In this document: piece by piece, positions 23,613-36,849 of the stretch
How positions within the stretch are numbered: position 1 is the first letter of the stretch
How the letters are laid out: the number at the start of each line of letters is the position of its first letter
Source of the DNA: Squalus acanthias
Taxonomy: Eukaryota
DNA length: 64,000 bases
Assembly (NCBI GenBank): GCA_030390025.1
Contig: CM059431.1
Span: 130,636,001-130,700,000 of the forward strand
Reading direction: 5' to 3'
The notes under the pieces: model-generated
Database searches by the model: none
What the model saw: the letters and a program-made list of their open reading frames with translations, nothing else
What the model was told of the DNA's origin: nothing
Program-made: the position numbers and the translations under genes

Positions 23613-24896
23613 CTTTCCATCTCACTAACAACGCAATGCAAGTTACAGCAACGCAGCAGCAGATAGCCCAATGGAAATTCAGGGCATTTATTTCAATATT
23701 GTGTACAAAATGTACTGATTTATGTTCAACAGAGAAACAATCTCAATTCTAAATGATTGAAATTGTTGTTCACCAGGTGTAAGTATACTGGTCCATGATA
23801 CTTTATTCGGAAAAGCTGAGACAATATATAATCAGTGGTTAAACAACAAATACCTTTTCAAATGGGAATTAAATCTAACAGTAGATTAGGCGTTCCTGCC
23901 ATCTTAACTCACCTCAAAACAGACACAGGAGAGCCGCCCACCCCAAATAGGCGGGGGCTTATTGTACATTCAAAAGCCGTGGCCCGATGATGTCACCAGC
24001 ACTGCAATGGCATTTTAACTGAAAAATTCGGGAGCCTCCATGGGCCAAATCTACCAGCCAGGCGGCAGTCAGCTGAGTGGCCAGAAGAGGTTAGTCTCTA
24101 TATTTAACATTTCTGAAGATTCTTTGTGCGCCAGGATTGCTCCCCTGGGCCCCGATAGGTGCCCTTGGGTCTCCCCAACCCCGGCCTTGCCTCTCCCTTC
24201 CAGTGCTGCTATCTTCTGTCCAATCACCAACCCCTCAGCACAACTTAATGCCTTGGCTCCCTGGCATCCAAAAGCTCCTGTCCCAGTTTCCACTCCTGCC
24301 AGTTTTGGGCAGGAGACAACTATGCCACATGTTAATGAGGCCCGGGAGTTAAAGTAGCCCATGTCTCACTTTCTATAGATATTTCCCTCCCGCCTCACAC
24401 CCTGCCCACTCTGAACACGCCCCAAATTGAAATCAACCCTATCTGGCCCCAGTTTTATCTGGGGTGAGGGGGCGAGGGCCGGCACGACAGGCATCAGGCT
24501 CTTCCCGGCTTGCTGACATATGGCCTGGGTCATTTTAGCTCCTAGGCCTCATTTCATTCGGTTAGGCCCGACTCCCATCCGAACTTGCCATCAATGACTT
24601 GGTGCTCATGGGCGAGAACATATGAGCGCAGCGGGAGGCCATCACCAAGGAAGTGAGCGAATGGCTCCCAGGCAAAGTTAAGCCTAGAGGAGAGGTTCTG
24701 GTGGCGATTGCAGGGGGAGGGAAGCCCGGGGCAGGGGAGGCCTAGGTTTCCTTATGGATCCCGGAGGAACACTCCTGCTTCACCTGGCTCACAAGGAAAC
24801 CTATTTTTAAAAAAACTTACCCTCTTCTGGGTCTGCCACTTCTTGGTGTCCTTAGTTGCTGGTGAAACCAGTATCAAGCGCTGATCTAGCTGAAAA

Positions 24897-25312
24897 TGTT
24901 GGGGGAATCCAGAACAAGAGGGCACAATCTTGAAATTAGACCTAGGCAATTTTGGAGTGAAATCAGGTAGCACTTTTTCACACAAAGGGTAGTGGAAATG
25001 TGGAATTCTCTCCCCCAAAGGCTGTGGATGCTAAGTCAATTGACATTTTCAAGACTCAAATCGATGGACCTTTTTGGATAAAAGAAAGACTTGTACTTAT
25101 ATAGCGCTTTTCACAATCTCAGGATGTCGCAAAGCTCTTTACAGCCGGTGAAGTGCTTTTAAAGTGTAGTAACTGTTGTAATGTAGCAAACAGTAAGTGT
25201 ATCGAGGGATACGGACCAAAGGCGGGTAAATAGAGTAAAGGTACAGACCAGCCATGACAGGTACAGATAGGTGCAAGGGGCTGATTGGCCTGCATCTGTT
25301 CCTATGTTTCTA
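24897..25312 (+). mobile_element. CR1 3' fragment interrupted by a minus-strand SINE tail (~25080-25192)
   Basis: ggggaatccagaacaagagggcacaatc...tggaattctctcccc...ttcctatgtttcta; the insert aaagaaagacttgtacttatatagcgc matches 12655-12765. Confidence 0.8.
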
Positions 25313-26127
25313 TAAAATCAGTGCTTTAATATAATCCATTAAGCTCTTGTTAAAAGTTGCACATTTATCATGCATACCTTTTTAAAAATTGCTGTAGTAA
25401 ATTAGCTGCTCCACTCCCGCATAATTTGAAATGAGCATTCCCAGGTGCAGCATTGAGGAAGTCCATCCTAAAATTTCAATTAGTTCCCCCCTGCATTGGT
25501 TACTGGTTTCCTTTCTCTCCGTGTTGCGCTCTCCCTCTATGTCTGTTGCTTTCCCTCCTTTTTCCTCTTTGTTACTCTCTTGCTCCGTCTCCATTATCTT
25601 CCCTTTTCTCTCCGGTCCGCTTTCCCTATGTTGTTACTTGCCCCGTGTTTCTGCTTCTGTTCCCCTTACTCTCTGTGTTGTGTTGTTTTCTCCCTCTCTC
25701 TCTCTGAGTAATCCTGGAAATTTCTGTTATTGCAGTGATCTCTGGATTTTCCAACTGTGGCCTTTTTATCCCAGCGATCTCCAAATGCAGCCTTTTCCTC
25801 CAACAATCTTTTCAAATTCTGTTCCCCATAAACTACTGATAAAATCTCATTTACCAATGTAGTAAAATTGAAAAGATAAGTCAGACTTCGAAAAGATTTA
25901 TACATTGAGTATCCATCAAGTTGGGACCCTTTGTGACCATAGGATTTGCAGATGTCTTAAGAAGGATCTAATATTGTAATTTAATTTACCAAGCGCAATA
26001 AACTACAGCAGTCACCTCAGTCAGCCCATAAAAGTTCAGACAAACTATGATGTTAACAAAATGAAAACAATTTTGACTATTGACGGATCTTTGTGTGAAA
26101 GGAAAATGCCTTTGTATTCAAACAGGA

Positions 26128-26370
26128 ATGGTGCATTGTGGTAACGTCACTGGGCTAGTAATCCAGAGGCCTGGACTAATGATCCAGAGACGTGAGTTCA
26201 AATCCCACCATGGCAGCTGGGGAATTTAAATTCAGTTAATTAAATAAAAAGCTAGTATCAGTAATGTAGGAAACAGTAAGTGTATCGAGGTGTACGGACC
26301 AAAGGCGGGTAAATGGAGTAAAGGTACAGACCAGCCATTGTCGTAAAAACCCATCTGGTTTACTAATGAC
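26128..26370 (+). mobile_element. tRNA-derived SINE head/fragment
   Basis: A-box-like tggtgcattgtggtaa and B-box gagttcaaatccc (26196-26208). Confidence 0.6.
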
Positions 26371-26374
26371 TCCA

Positions 26375-28325
26375 GACGCACAGCAATGTGGTTGAAAGGA
26401 CTAGCAAGCCACTCAGCTGTAACAAACTGCTACGAAACACAATAATAAGAATGAAACCGGACGGACCACCCGGCATCAACCTTGGCACCGGCTACGGACA
26501 TGGAAACGGCACACCCAGCCCAGTCGACCCTGCAAAGTCCTCCTCACCAACATCTGGGGACTTGTGCCAAAATTGGGAGAACTGTCACACATACTCACAG
26601 AATCATACCTTTCAGCCAATGTCCTGAACTCCACCATCTAGGTATGTCTTGTCCCACCGGCAGGACAGACCCACCAGGGGTGGCGGCACTGTGGTATACA
26701 GTCGGGAAGGAGTGGCCCTGGGAGTCCTCAACATTGACTCCAGGTCTCATGGCTTCAGGTCAAGCATGAGCAAGGAAACCTCCTGCTGATTACCACCTAC
26801 CACCCTCCCTCAGCTGATGAATCAGTACTCCTCCATGTTGAACACCACTTGGAAGAAGCCCTGAGAGTAGCAAGGGCACAAAATGTACTCTGGGTGGGGG
26901 ACTTCAATGTCCATCACCAAGAGTGGCTCAGTAGCACCACTACTGACCGAGCTGGCTGAGTCCTGAAGGACATAGCTGCCAGTCTGAGCCTGCGACAGGT
27001 GGTGAGAGAACCAACACAACCTACTTGAGCTCGTCTTCACCAATCTACCTGTCGCAGATGCATCTGTTCATTGACTGTATTGGTAGCAGTTACCACCGCA
27101 CAGTCATTGTGGAGACGAAGTCCCGTCTTCACACTGAGGACACCCTCCATCGTGTTGTGTGGCACTACCACCATGCTAAATGGGATAGATTCAGAACAGA
27201 TCGAGCAACTCAAAACTGGGCATCCATGAGGCGCTGTGGGCCATTAGCAGCAGCAGAATTGTATTCCACCACAATCTGTAACCTCATGGCCCGGCATATC
27301 CCTCACTCAACCATTACCATCAAGCCAGGGGACCAATCGTGGTTCAATAAGGAGCATAGAAGAGCATGCCAGGAGCAGCACCAGGCATACCTAAAAATGA
27401 GGTGCCAACCTGGGGAAGCTGCAACACAGGACTATATGCATGCTTAACAACGGAAGCAGCATGCTATAGACAGGGCTCAGCGATCGCACAACCAACGGAT
27501 CAGATCAAAGCTTTGTAGTCCTGCCACATCAACTCGTGAATGGTGGTGAACCATTAAACAACTAACGGGAGAAGGATGCTCCATGAATATCCCCATCCTC
27601 AATGATGGTGGAGCCCAGCACGTGAGTGCAAAATACAAGGCTAAAATGTTTGCAACCATCTTCAGCCAGAAGTGCCGAGTGGATGATCCATATCGGCCTA
27701 CTCCTGAGGTTCCCATCATCACAGAAGCCAGTCTTCAGCCAATTCGATTCACTCCACATGATATCAAGAAACGGCTGAGCGCACTGGATACAGCAAAGGC
27801 TATGGGCCCCAACAACATCCCAGCTATCGTGCTGAAGAATTGTGCTCCAGAACTAGCTGCGCCTCTAGCCAAGCTGTTCCAGTACAGTTACAACACTGGC
27901 ATCTATCCGACAATGTGGAAAACTGCCCAGGTATGTCCTGTTCACAAAAAGCAGGACAAATCCAATCCGGCCAATTACCGCCCTATTAGTCTACTCTCAA
28001 TCATCAGTAAAGTGATGGAAGGTGTAATCGACAGTGCTATCAAGCAGCACTTACTCACCAATAACCTGCTCACTGATGCCCAGTTTGGGTTCCGCCAAGA
28101 CCATTCGGCTCCCGACCTCATTACAGCCTTGGTCCAAACATGGACAAAGGAGCTGAATTCCAGAGGTGAGGTGGAAGTGACTGCCCTTGACATCAAGGCA
28201 GCATTTGACCGAGTGTGGCATCAAGGAGCCCTAGTAAAACTGAAGTCAATGGGAATCGGGGGGATAACTCTCCACTGCCTGGAGTCATACCTAGCACAAA
28301 GGAAGATGGTTGTGGTGGTTGAAGT
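26375..28325 (+). mobile_element. Non-LTR LINE (CR1/L2/Jockey group) ORF2 remnant: APE + RT N-terminal half
   Basis: LITTYHPP and WVGDFNVHH (APE); ORF 27583-28329 KAMGPNNIP, NYRPISLLSIISKVME, QFGFR, LDIKAAFDRVWH; same family as 42481-44621 and 56271-56966. Confidence 0.9.
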
Positions 28326-29231
28326 GTGAAGGAATAAGCCATAAAACCTATTCAGAAAAATACACCACTCTATGAAAGAATTCTGACCTTATTAAAACAT
28401 GACAAACTGGGTCTGGAAATCTGGAAACCTAACTGAAAAAGCTGTAGTAGCATTCTGGCAATAGAGATAAGATAATTGTTGACACTGAATCAATAACCTT
28501 ATTGAAACAGAAGGTTAAAGACTCCTGACAGTCTGAATCTTTCGGAACAAAACAAAAGATCACCCTGGTTAAGGTGTTCTAATTTACACTTCGTAAAGAG
28601 GCACAAACAGAAGGCCTTAGTAAAAATGACATCAAATAAAATGCACCTGCTGTTACACCATTTTTTATGGTAAGCTTGGAACACCTAGAGGAAACACGAG
28701 TCTGTATTGCTACCAGCTGAGGTGACTTAGAATTGCAGAAGTCAGCAGAAAAATGACTAGAGATAATTAGCTTACATCAGCAGAAAACCTTAAAGGGAAT
28801 ACCACTGGAAAAGGGTATAAATATTGAACTCTCAAATCGGATAATAGATTTGCTATAAAGGGGCAAAGCGATTCTCAGCTTCAGAGGCAGGCTCTGTAAA
28901 TCTACAACTCTTTGTACCTCGGGGATCAATGGTACTGTATTTGATTTTGGTGGATATCCTGAATAAACTTTAAGAACTGTAAAACTGTAGCGAAGTTAAG
29001 ATTTGAGAATAGGATCTCTGATAATAAGATTGTAAAGCTTTCTCTTTTTGGAACTGTTAATGTTGCGATTGAATCATCAACTGTAAATTACATGTCGGTT
29101 CTTTAATAAATCTATATATTTTTAGAATTGTCTCACATAATACTTCTGTATCAAACTCGCGAACTCAATCTCTGTACACTCTTTGGTGAGGAGTTGCAGA
29201 ATTCTGGGGGAGTTTTCCGGACCCTCATAAT
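28325..29231 (+). mobile_element. Possible solo LTR (~0.9 kb)
   Basis: Starts TGTG exactly where the LINE ORF stops; TATA-like GGTATAAATA near 28813; AATAAA near 28962 and 29105; ends cctcataata just before Harbinger sequence begins; no TSD seen. Confidence 0.4.
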
Positions 29232-31111
29232 ATCTGCACCTCAGCAATCCTAGTACTCTGTTTGAGACCATTTGTTGAAGTCCTGTGATGCGCTGGAAGC
29301 CCCTTTGAACACTGGTATCCAGAGCCGTGATGGCAGCAGTTTGAGCTTCCACTGCAGCACTCAGACGTTGGGTGGCTGCTGATTGTGCTGCAATAGAAGC
29401 TGAGAGATCAGACGCTGCATCATGGTTGGTTCCTCAGGTATGTTGATGGAGCTGACCCCCGTTCCATGTTGGAAAGGATGGGCTCCAAGCTCTGCGCAAA
29501 GGCCTGTGCCAAGTTAGTGTTGGACTCCTCCATGCTCCTTTAAATTGAACGCAGGCTTTCTGGTAGGGTTTCCAGTGCACCAAGCATTTGGGTGTGTACA
29601 CCCAGCAGCCTTCTTCTGTAGCCTGGCCCATCGAAGTCCTCATCTGAGTCCCCTGCAGCAGAACTAGTGTGCGACCTCATCCTCCAGCGAGCTGCCACCT
29701 GCACTATCCTTTTCCCCATCCCTGGCTCCAGCGCACTTGTGGCAAGTGTCTCACCACATGCAGCTCCCGCCTCTATGCTACCCTTTAAATTACGTGCAGT
29801 GTCAGTATCTGAGCTGGTGGCTGTGATATCGAGTGACGGTGTCCCTTCATCTTCACTTTCTTCTGGCTCTTCCTCCTCCACTGCCTGGGCAGGTTCCAGT
29901 TCTTGAGTATATAAAATGAAAAAGAGACAAGGGTTGGGTTGTGGCGAGAGGAGAGGAGAAAGTAAGACATACATGCTCGACGGGCTGAATGGCCTACTCC
30001 TGCTCCTAGTTTCTATGTTTCTATGTTTCTATGTTTCTATGCTTACACCACCTGCAGCTTGTAAGTCAGAATAAATTGAGGGATGAGGAAGAAGTGGGAT
30101 GAGAGAAGGAGGATAAGGTATGCGGATACCTTCATCTTCAATGGCTTCAGCCCTTCCATGGCCGCAGCCTCAGCAATGTCCCTTCCCATAATGACCAGCA
30201 CTATCTCCTCCATAGGGGTTGAACATGCAGGCACGCCTCTCCCCCTCCGGTTAGTTCCTGCTGCCTCTGGTTGTGCGCTACCTTCTCCTGGAACAGAGAA
30301 GTAAGTGTGTCAGTGAGTGTTGTGCAATCTGTTTGGGTGATGTGGCTGTCATGGTTGAATAGCTGGCAGTGTGTGCTAGCTGTGAGATGTCGCTGTGAGG
30401 CTTGCAACAGTGCTAAGTGTGTGAGGGTGAGGTGAAGCATATGAATGTTAGGTATGAGTCCTGATTGATAGAGATTGTTGGTAGGTGAGTGATGGGTGTG
30501 GAGTGAATTGACCAGTGAATGAGGCGAGTGGTGCAGTCAGTAGGAAATAGCATTTGAAGATGCAGTCACTGACCTTGACCACTCGTGTGACATCATTAAA
30601 CTTCTTCCTGCACTGCATCCAAGTCCTTAGAGCTACACTTCTTGCATTGACCTCCGCAGCTATCTCTTGCTGCTGCCTTCTGACCATGTGTCTGGAGGGT
30701 CTATGGCCCTCCTGAGGATACAGGATATCTCTCCTTTCCACCTCTTCCACCAAGACGACAAATGCAGTGTCCAAAAATCTTGGTGCCCGCTCTCTCCCAT
30801 GGTCAGCCATTGTTGATTCTTCCACAGCACAATATTCAGAATGATTTCAGGACCACCAGCAGCCACAATGTACTTCCCCTTTAAGAGGCGCAGGCTAGCT
30901 TTAAGTAGTGATAGGCACTTACGATATTGGGCCACCTGCTGATGTGTGCTGCCAATGAGCAGCGCAGGGAGCGCTGGCTGCACACAGAAATCATGGAAAT
31001 GAGCAGGCAGCACGAAGTTGGTGTCCTGCCTGCATTGCAATGAACGGGCACGAATTAATTGCGCATTGCGATCCCTGCACCTGTTTTCGGGGGCTTTCCA
31101 ATTTAACCCCC
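29232..31111 (-). mobile_element. Harbinger right-half remnant carrying a spliced Myb/SANT gene
   Basis: MADHGRERAPRF...IAAEVNARSVALRTWMQCRKKFNDVTRVVK followed by a gtcagt donor (exon 30810-30574); exon 2 EKVAHNQRQQELTGGG; acidic exon 3; terminal AATTTAACCCCC. Confidence 0.85.
29975..30041 (+). mobile_element. Extremely 5'-truncated CR1 3' end in a Harbinger intron
   Basis: gggctgaatggcctactcctgctcctag(tttctatg)x4. Confidence 0.75.
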
Positions 31112-31781
31112 ATCAGCTTTTCTAAAAAAAAATGAAAGACCTTTTCACGGTTGCCAGTATTTTGTTAACATTATACTGGGAAGAAGTTTGAAATGCTGTG
31201 CAGCATAAATTTAATAAATTCTTTTGAAAAACTTCACTAAAGAAAGCATTTATAAATCTGACATATCTCTCAGTCTCTCATGGGATTTAAATACATAAAA
31301 TATTATAATAAAACTGGCTTTCTACCTAAAATTTGATACATGAAGCATAAACAGATAACCGGTAGTAATATCAGTTCCAAATGATTGTGTTCTATATTTA
31401 AGACTGTTGCTTTCTTTCCTTTCTTTGAAGCTTTGTCTGTTTTGTAATCCCTGGTTCCTGAGCCAATTTTATCACTGAGCTGCCACATTGTTTGGGAATG
31501 AAAGTGTCAAACGATCGTGCATTATGTGCACTGTGGGAGTAATGGAGGTAGATTATATGCTGTATTCTATTCACAGCCATGAGTCACAGTTTTGCTACTG
31601 AAGCTGAATGAAATCAGATGCAACAATAAGAGAAACTTCACCTGCAGTAAGGTAAGATAAAAAAAAATGTTAATGTCCACGACGGGTACAAATTCTCATG
31701 CTCTTAAAGTGGATAATGTGCAGATGTGAAATATAATAGCGCTACCAGTTTACAACAATACTGGGTGATCTGTGTGTCTAT

Positions 31782-32679
31782 GGGGGAAAAATTCGGTTCG
31801 TTTGCGCCTCCCGTTACCGCCTTAAGAGGGCGCTAATGGGGCGCAAAGCAACTAGCGCCCGGACGTGGCGATGTTTGCGCTGCTCGCGAAATTGACCAGA
31901 CATTTTGCGGCGGCGCTAAACACTACCGCCACGATCTCCTGCGCCCGCAGATCGTGACGTCAGTCGAGCGTGCAACACCCCGGTAGCGCCCCGGACCGGA
32001 TATTGAGTGGCGCCCCCTGCCTTACCTCCTGCCGCTAGCAACGACATGTTGAGGGGAGCGTTTTGCAGTCGGGAAGGGACTGGGGGAGCGCTATTTAAAG
32101 GCGACCGCTTCCTGCCTTTTTTTTGTCGGCGACATTTTTGCACCACGCATTCTGAGTGAGAGAGAGAGAGACTTCTGGAGATATTCAACGCTGTGTTGAG
32201 GAGTTTTGGGTACTGAGCAGCACTTTGCAGGTTCATTTTGATTTGATCTTCCTTGTATTGATTTAGAAGAGACTGTGGGGGCTGCACTCTGAGCTCTTTC
32301 CCTGGTCCTCTCCATTGTTCTTTCCAGCAGATTTGATGTACAGGTCTCTCCAGGCCGAGATTCAAGGCTGCAATGAGCAGGATGTAGATGGAGAGCAAGA
32401 TCGACCCTCCCCTTTAAGAACTGGCCGGCGCCATTGTGTGTCTGTGTTCCATTGCTGACTAACATCACATGAGCTTCGCCAGCGCTCTGAGGTAGCGCCT
32501 CGCTCCTCGGCGTTAGCGCCTTAAGACAGGTGTGTAGTGCCTGATTTAGTGCTCCAATCACCTCCAGGGGCGATAGAAGCCAAATTTGCAGTCGGAGGCG
32601 ATAATTAGCACCAGGCGCTAAACTTTGTGCCCAGCCTGATAATTGCGCCCCAAACGGGGCGATACCGAATTTCTCCCCC
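31782..32679. mobile_element. Harbinger MITE family A, copy 3
   Basis: TIR GGGGGAAAAATTCGGT / ACCGAATTTCTCCCCC; TAT TSD. Confidence 0.95.
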
Positions 32680-32899
32680 TATATATTGAACTTAATACTG
32701 AGGAATTCTTGCTTTAGCTGAGACCTTTGTGCTGGATGAATTCTGTTCCTGAGCTCCTGCTCTGATATTGTCTCTTATTGTGGGAAACAGCTTGTCGTAT
32801 GAAACTTGTACTTTAAAAAAAAAGTCCTCAAAAGTTTTACATATTGTGTTGTAATTTCCCAATATAAAACTAAAAAAATATATACACTTGTAAAGAAAA

Positions 32900-35245
32900 G
32901 TGCTGGGAGAGTGCGCTGGAAGTATGCAGAGTAGGCAGATCGTGACAACAGTCAGCGTATAACGCTGATTTGACGCCAGCGCTGCCATTTTCGACGTCAA
33001 CGCTCCAGCTAACGCCCTCTCTTAAACACGCACAGCTGAACATGCATTCAGCAGCAGGAAAGACCCCCCACCAGCGCTATTTAAAGGGATCATCATCTGC
33101 TTTCAGGTTAGTTGTTGATTGATTTCTACTGGCTCTTAGTGAGTTTGTAGAGGTATTTCTTGGTTTGATGTCTTATTTGAAGTTGCTGAAGTCTCCAGGG
33201 AGTGATGTGACAGGTTACTTAAAGGCTTCTGCTCAAACCAGTTGCTCCCAGACATGGGTGCAGTAGTTTGTAACTCCCTTGGCCTCCAGCATGACAGGGA
33301 GAATGAGCAGCGGCGACACAGAGGAGAACAAGCTGCTCGAAGAGGGAAGATGGGGAGAATGGCTCTCAGCAGGAGGACATATTTACCCAGGGTCTTCAGG
33401 GAGCAAGTCTCTGACCTCAACCTCAGTGAGGAACAGTGTATGTGATGTCTCCGCTTCACTAAGGAAGTGCTCACTGAAATCTGCCACCTGTTGCAGGCAG
33501 ACCTGCAGCCTCAGAGCAGGGCGAGGATGGCTTTGCCAGTGACTGTGAAGGTGACAGTGGCCATGAATTTCTATGCGTCGGGCTCCTTCCAGGCTGGAGC
33601 AGGCGACATTTGCAACATCTCAACTCGCCGTTCACCATTGCATAAGGGAAGCTCTGTATTCACAGAGAGCTGAATACATTTCATTCTCTCTTGCTAGAGA
33701 GAAGCAGGCAGAGCGAGCACGCAGCTTCGCCAGGATTGCAGGCTTCCCCGTGGTGCAGGGTGCCATTGAGTATACACACATCGCTTTGCATGTGAACTCG
33801 GAGATGTACCACAACCGGAAGAGATTCCATTCCCTCAATGTCCAGCTGGTGTGTGACCATGCAAGTCAATGCTCGATATTCTGGCAGCAGCCATGATGCC
33901 TTCATTCTACGCAGTCCGCTGTACCATTCGCTTTTCAGCCACCACGACACACCAGAGGGTGGCTCCTGGGCGACAAAGGCTATTCATTAACCACCTGGCT
34001 CATGACTCCGATGCACAGCCCAACCATACGAGGGCAGTATGCCTATAACGAAAGCCATCGAGCAGACCATTAGGGTCCTTAAACAATGCTTCCACTGCCC
34101 TGGAGGAACCCAGCAGTACTCGCCAGAGCGCATCTCAAAATTCTTCATGGTCTGCTGCATGCTGCACAACCTCGCCATCATGAGGGCACCCTCCTCGCCA
34201 TCAGGTATACGGCGAAGAGCTGCCCATGATCAAATGCGGTACCAGTGAACGCAACTCCAATTCCCTATTCACCCATAGTCCCACACCTTACCATCTCTCT
34301 GTTACGGACCATCACAGTGTCCTCTTGGCCACAATGCTACAATAAAAGCCACCGCAAAACAAACATTCCAAACCAACTTTATATATCAATCCATCCAGTA
34401 TTACATAACAAAGTCAACAAAGATAAAGGGAAGTGTATCAGTGAGTGTGGTGCAATGTGTTTGGGTGATGTGCCTGTCATAGTTGAATAGCTGACAGTGT
34501 GTGCAAGCTGTGTGAGATGTGGGTGTGAGGTTTGCAGCAGTGGTAAGTGTGGGAGGGTGAGGTGAAGCTATGTATGTGAGGTATGAACTGTGTTTGATGG
34601 AGATTGTTGGTAGGCGAGTTATGGGGATGTGGTACATTGAGCAGTGTGTGAGGCTAGTGGTGCAGATGTGGCATTTGAAGATAGATTCACTGACCTTGAC
34701 CACTCGTGTGAGGTAATTAAACTTCTTCCTGCACTGCATCCAGGTCCTCGGGGCTACAGTGCTTGAATTGACAGCGACGGCTATCTGCTCCCATTCCCTT
34801 CTCAGCATGTGTTTTTAGGGCCTCCTGGCCCCCTGTGAACAGAGGAAACCTCTCCGACTGACCACCTCCTGCACCAAGAAAATCTTGGAGGACACTTTCT
34901 ACTATGTTGCACCATTACTACGTCATCTTCTTGGTAAGACTCTTCTCCCCAGCTACTTCCAGTGCCTGCTCCAGCCAGAATGCGTCTCCCTTTAAGAGGT
35001 GCAGGCTAGCTTTAAGAAGTGCAGGCTAGCTTTAATTAGCTTTAATTGGTGTTAGCCTCACTGAGCCCCCTGCTGAGGCGTGCAGGCACTCAACAGCGCG
35101 TTTAGCACTGGGCTGCACGCTGCTGTCATTAAAATTAGCAGGCAGTACGAAGTTTGCGTGCTGTCTGCATTGGAAGGAACGGGCACAGGGTAGTCACACA
35201 TCATGATACTCGTGCCTGTTTTCGGGCCATATCCAATTTCTAAGT
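32900..35245 (+). mobile_element. Decayed, internally deleted Harbinger (transposase ~33254-34250 plus; Myb exon 1 ~34915-34695 minus)
   Basis: MGAVV...[68 protein letters not shown]; minus strand APRTWMQCRKKFN. Confidence 0.88.
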
Positions 35246-35259
35246 CAGCAAATCCAACA

Positions 35260-35388
35260 ATGTAGCATTCCCTCCTTATTGACCTAAAGTGTCAGCCTAG
35301 ATTAAGTATCCAAGACTTGGAGTGGGGCTTGAACCCACAGCCTTCTGATTCAGAGGCAAGAAAGCTACCAACTGAGCCACGCTGAGTC
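35260..35388 (-). mobile_element. tRNA-derived SINE 5' head
   Basis: Reverse strand gtggctcagttggtagc (A box) ... gtgggttcaagcccc (B box). Confidence 0.65.
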
Positions 35389-35526
35389 ATAAAAATGCAA
35401 AGAAAATAATTTAGCCTAATGAGAGTTGGCCTTTATTTCAGTATAAAAGTATTTGCTTCCAGAAACGGCTCTTATGTTTGAGGTATTCTCAGCACAGACT
35501 CAATGAAGGCTGTACAGAGATTCATA

Positions 35527-35762
35527 GGGCTGGATTTTGTCTGGGGTCGTGTAATCCGCATTTCGTGTTGTCCCCCCCGACTCCAGATTAATGTGGATGA
35601 ATGATGCAATTTTCACTTAATTGGGCAATTAAGTTCCAGCATGTGGGAACCCATGAACCAATTAGTGGTTTCAGTGGGAAAGTCGCCTCTGATGATGTCA
35701 TCATTGCAGGCTGCCTGGTCTCAGAGATTGCCTGGCTTTTGCTGTGAGTGGACCTGGATGCA

Positions 35763-35793
<31 letters not shown>

Positions 35794-36248
35794 TATGTTT
35801 TTCCATCCAGGTCCTCTCACAGCAAGGCCAGGCAGTCTCTGAAGACATTCAATGCATCAGCATCAACTTTCAGACCTAATACTACTATTACCTTCGTCAC
35901 ATCTCCGTTGTAATAGTGGACCTGCAGCCGATAGTTAGCTATCCACTTGTGCTCCCGCCAGGTTTCACTGGAGTGCTTCACATCAGGCATACTTCACGTC
36001 GGAAAAGGGTTAAACTAGCTAAAACGTTTCAAAATGGCATTACAGAGCCAATTTACGGCTTGTTAAGCGCTTTAATGGCCTCTCCCGCCTCTTGGAGGCG
36101 GAACGGAGTCGGGAACCCCGTGACTGATTTTGTCAAAATTGCGTGGAGGCGGGTTGGAGTCGGGATGGGGTCGGGACCCCCGACCCCGCAACTTTAACCC
36201 CCCACACGCCTCCAAACCCGACTCCACGGGTCATTGAAAATCCAGCCC
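35527..36248. mobile_element. Harbinger MITE family C (722 bp)
   Basis: Perfect 12-bp TIR GGGCTGGATTTT / AAAATCCAGCCC; ATA TSD. Confidence 0.92.
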
Positions 36249-36524
36249 ATAGACTAAGATATAAGAAAAATTGATCAGGTATCTACTAAAACTTGCTTTC
36301 GCAGCCACATAGCTTTCCTCAGCAACTATCTTCAGCTCAGACTTATTCCATATGGATTCCACCATTCATGTTTCGGATCCATGCTTGTCTCATCCAGGTG
36401 TTAACAACATCTTGGTTTGTTTAGACCGCATTCGGAGAGACCAAATGGAGTGTGAAAACTGAGAATGTTCTTGCACAGGTTGCTTATAACCACTAAGGAG
36501 CAACATAGGTCTGGAACTTATCTG

Positions 36525-36845
36525 TTATTGTGACCTTCGTGCATTATCCCTCCTCGACTTCTGCAGTCTTTAGCACGGTCGACCACACATCCTCCTCCAA
36601 TGCCTTTCCTCCGTTGACCAGCTCAGTGAGATTGCCCTCACTTGGTTCCACTCTTACTTATCTGATTGTAGCCAGAGCATCCTCAGCAATGGCTTCTCTT
36701 CTTGTCCCTACATTGTACCTCCAGAATCCCCAAGGATCTATGCTTTGCCTCCTCCTCTTCATCATTTACATGCTACCCCTTGGCAGTATCATCTCTAAAC
36801 GTGCGACCAGCTTCCTTGTGTACGATGAGAATACCCAGCTCTAAC
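36525..36845 (+). mobile_element. L2-type LINE RT fragment, decayed
   Basis: Degenerate LDxSAxFxTVDH and PQGSMLCLLLFIIYMLPLGSII...YDENTQL (YADDTQL). Confidence 0.7.
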
Positions 36846-36849
36846 TCTC

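Noticed and set aside
25431..25862. Hydrophobic 143-aa ORF
   Set aside because: It arises from pyrimidine-rich low-complexity sequence
26128..26215. tRNA gene
   Set aside because: A/B boxes are present but there is no cloverleaf; it continues into SINE body sequence
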